In this document: positions 63,524-64,000 of the stretch, in pieces
Layout of the letters: each line of letters opens with the position of its first letter
Numbering within the stretch: position 1 is the stretch's first letter
NCBI GenBank assembly: GCA_019828565.1
Contig: JAHDYR010000025.1
Location: 1 to 64,000 of the forward strand
Length of the DNA stretch: 64,000 bases
Source of the DNA: Carpediemonas membranifera BICM
Lineage: Eukaryota; Protista; Fornicata
Direction: 5' to 3'
Notes under the pieces: model-generated
What the model saw: the letters and a program-made list of their open reading frames with translations, nothing else
The model's database searches: none
What the model was told of the DNA's origin: nothing
Program-made: the position numbers and the translations under genes

Positions 63524-64000
63524 ATGGCGAGAAGAAAGATGCCCGCAAGGAAGCAGCAACCGGTAGGTAAGAGAAGGACTCAAAATCCACCCAACAAGAC
63601 TTTTTGAGTCATCTGCTTCTCCGCAGGATCAACGTCCTGCGGAAACGACTGTAACGGCAGCATCACCTCCTCCTCCGCCTCCCGAGTCGCCCGAGGATGG
63701 TAAGGAGCAAGATTCTCCTCCTCCTCCGCCTCCCGAGTCGCCTTCCCATTCATCCAGCTCGTCTGAAGCCGAGGAGGACTCCGTCGAGGGGTCCGTCATG
63801 CACGTCCACCCTAGGTGGACGCATGTTTACCCGGGTTCAGACCTGCAGGACGTCAAGCGGCTGATTTCGGATGAGATAAGCCTTCAGGCCATTCCTGCTC
63901 CGGCCTGGATCTCATCCGAGACCCGTTGCGACCCCCGTCTGACCCAGGAGCCCGACCATCCGGCCCTCAATCGGACGCAGAGCGTCGGCCGAGGCATGAT
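63524..64000 (+). CDS. 5' part of a spliced gene encoding a basic N-terminus and a Pro/Ser-rich region
   Basis: Exon 63524-63562, GT-AG intron 63563-63626, exon 2 open to the window end (SPPPPPPESP twice). Confidence 0.5.

Noticed and set aside
1-64000. rRNA or tRNA genes
   Set aside because: None recognised by eye; a tRNAscan or Infernal run would be needed to exclude them.

Overview
Eukaryotic, protist-like DNA (28-29 nt GT-AG introns; an RCC1-like gene resembling those expanded in the fornicate Carpediemonas, which is inference only). It consists almost entirely of nested mobile elements, and the nesting can be rebuilt from junctions. (1) An APE-type non-LTR retrotransposon ('family 1', minus strand) is split into 59659-61150, 51093-51128 and 2341-5998. 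(2) A full-length relative ('family 2', 51129-59658, 12-15 bp TSD, (TTTC)n tail) is inserted in it. Both families carry a Maelstrom/DEDDh-like domain in ORF1 and a covarying structured RNA between ORF1 and ORF2. (3) A 45 kb composite DNA-transposon insertion with 74 bp TIRs starting CATACTGTC (5999-51092) interrupts the same ORF1. It contains an inverted sister copy plus flank (9592-20310) and a Ty3/Gypsy chromovirus with 61 bp LTRs (21287-25869). (4) It also contains a 21.1 kb TIR element (26436-47569; 68 bp TIRs also starting CATACTGTC; 2 bp TSD). This element encodes a CMC/Transib/RAG1-type DDE transposase and carries SET, PHD, OTU, HEPN, RCC1-like and degenerate tyrosine-recombinase-like genes plus fragments of a PIWI gene. 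A 12 bp motif, GTGCACTTTAYG, marks module-swap points in these elements. Many frameshifts lie in homopolymers and are probably consensus errors. All domain calls are by-eye motif recognition; no database search was run.
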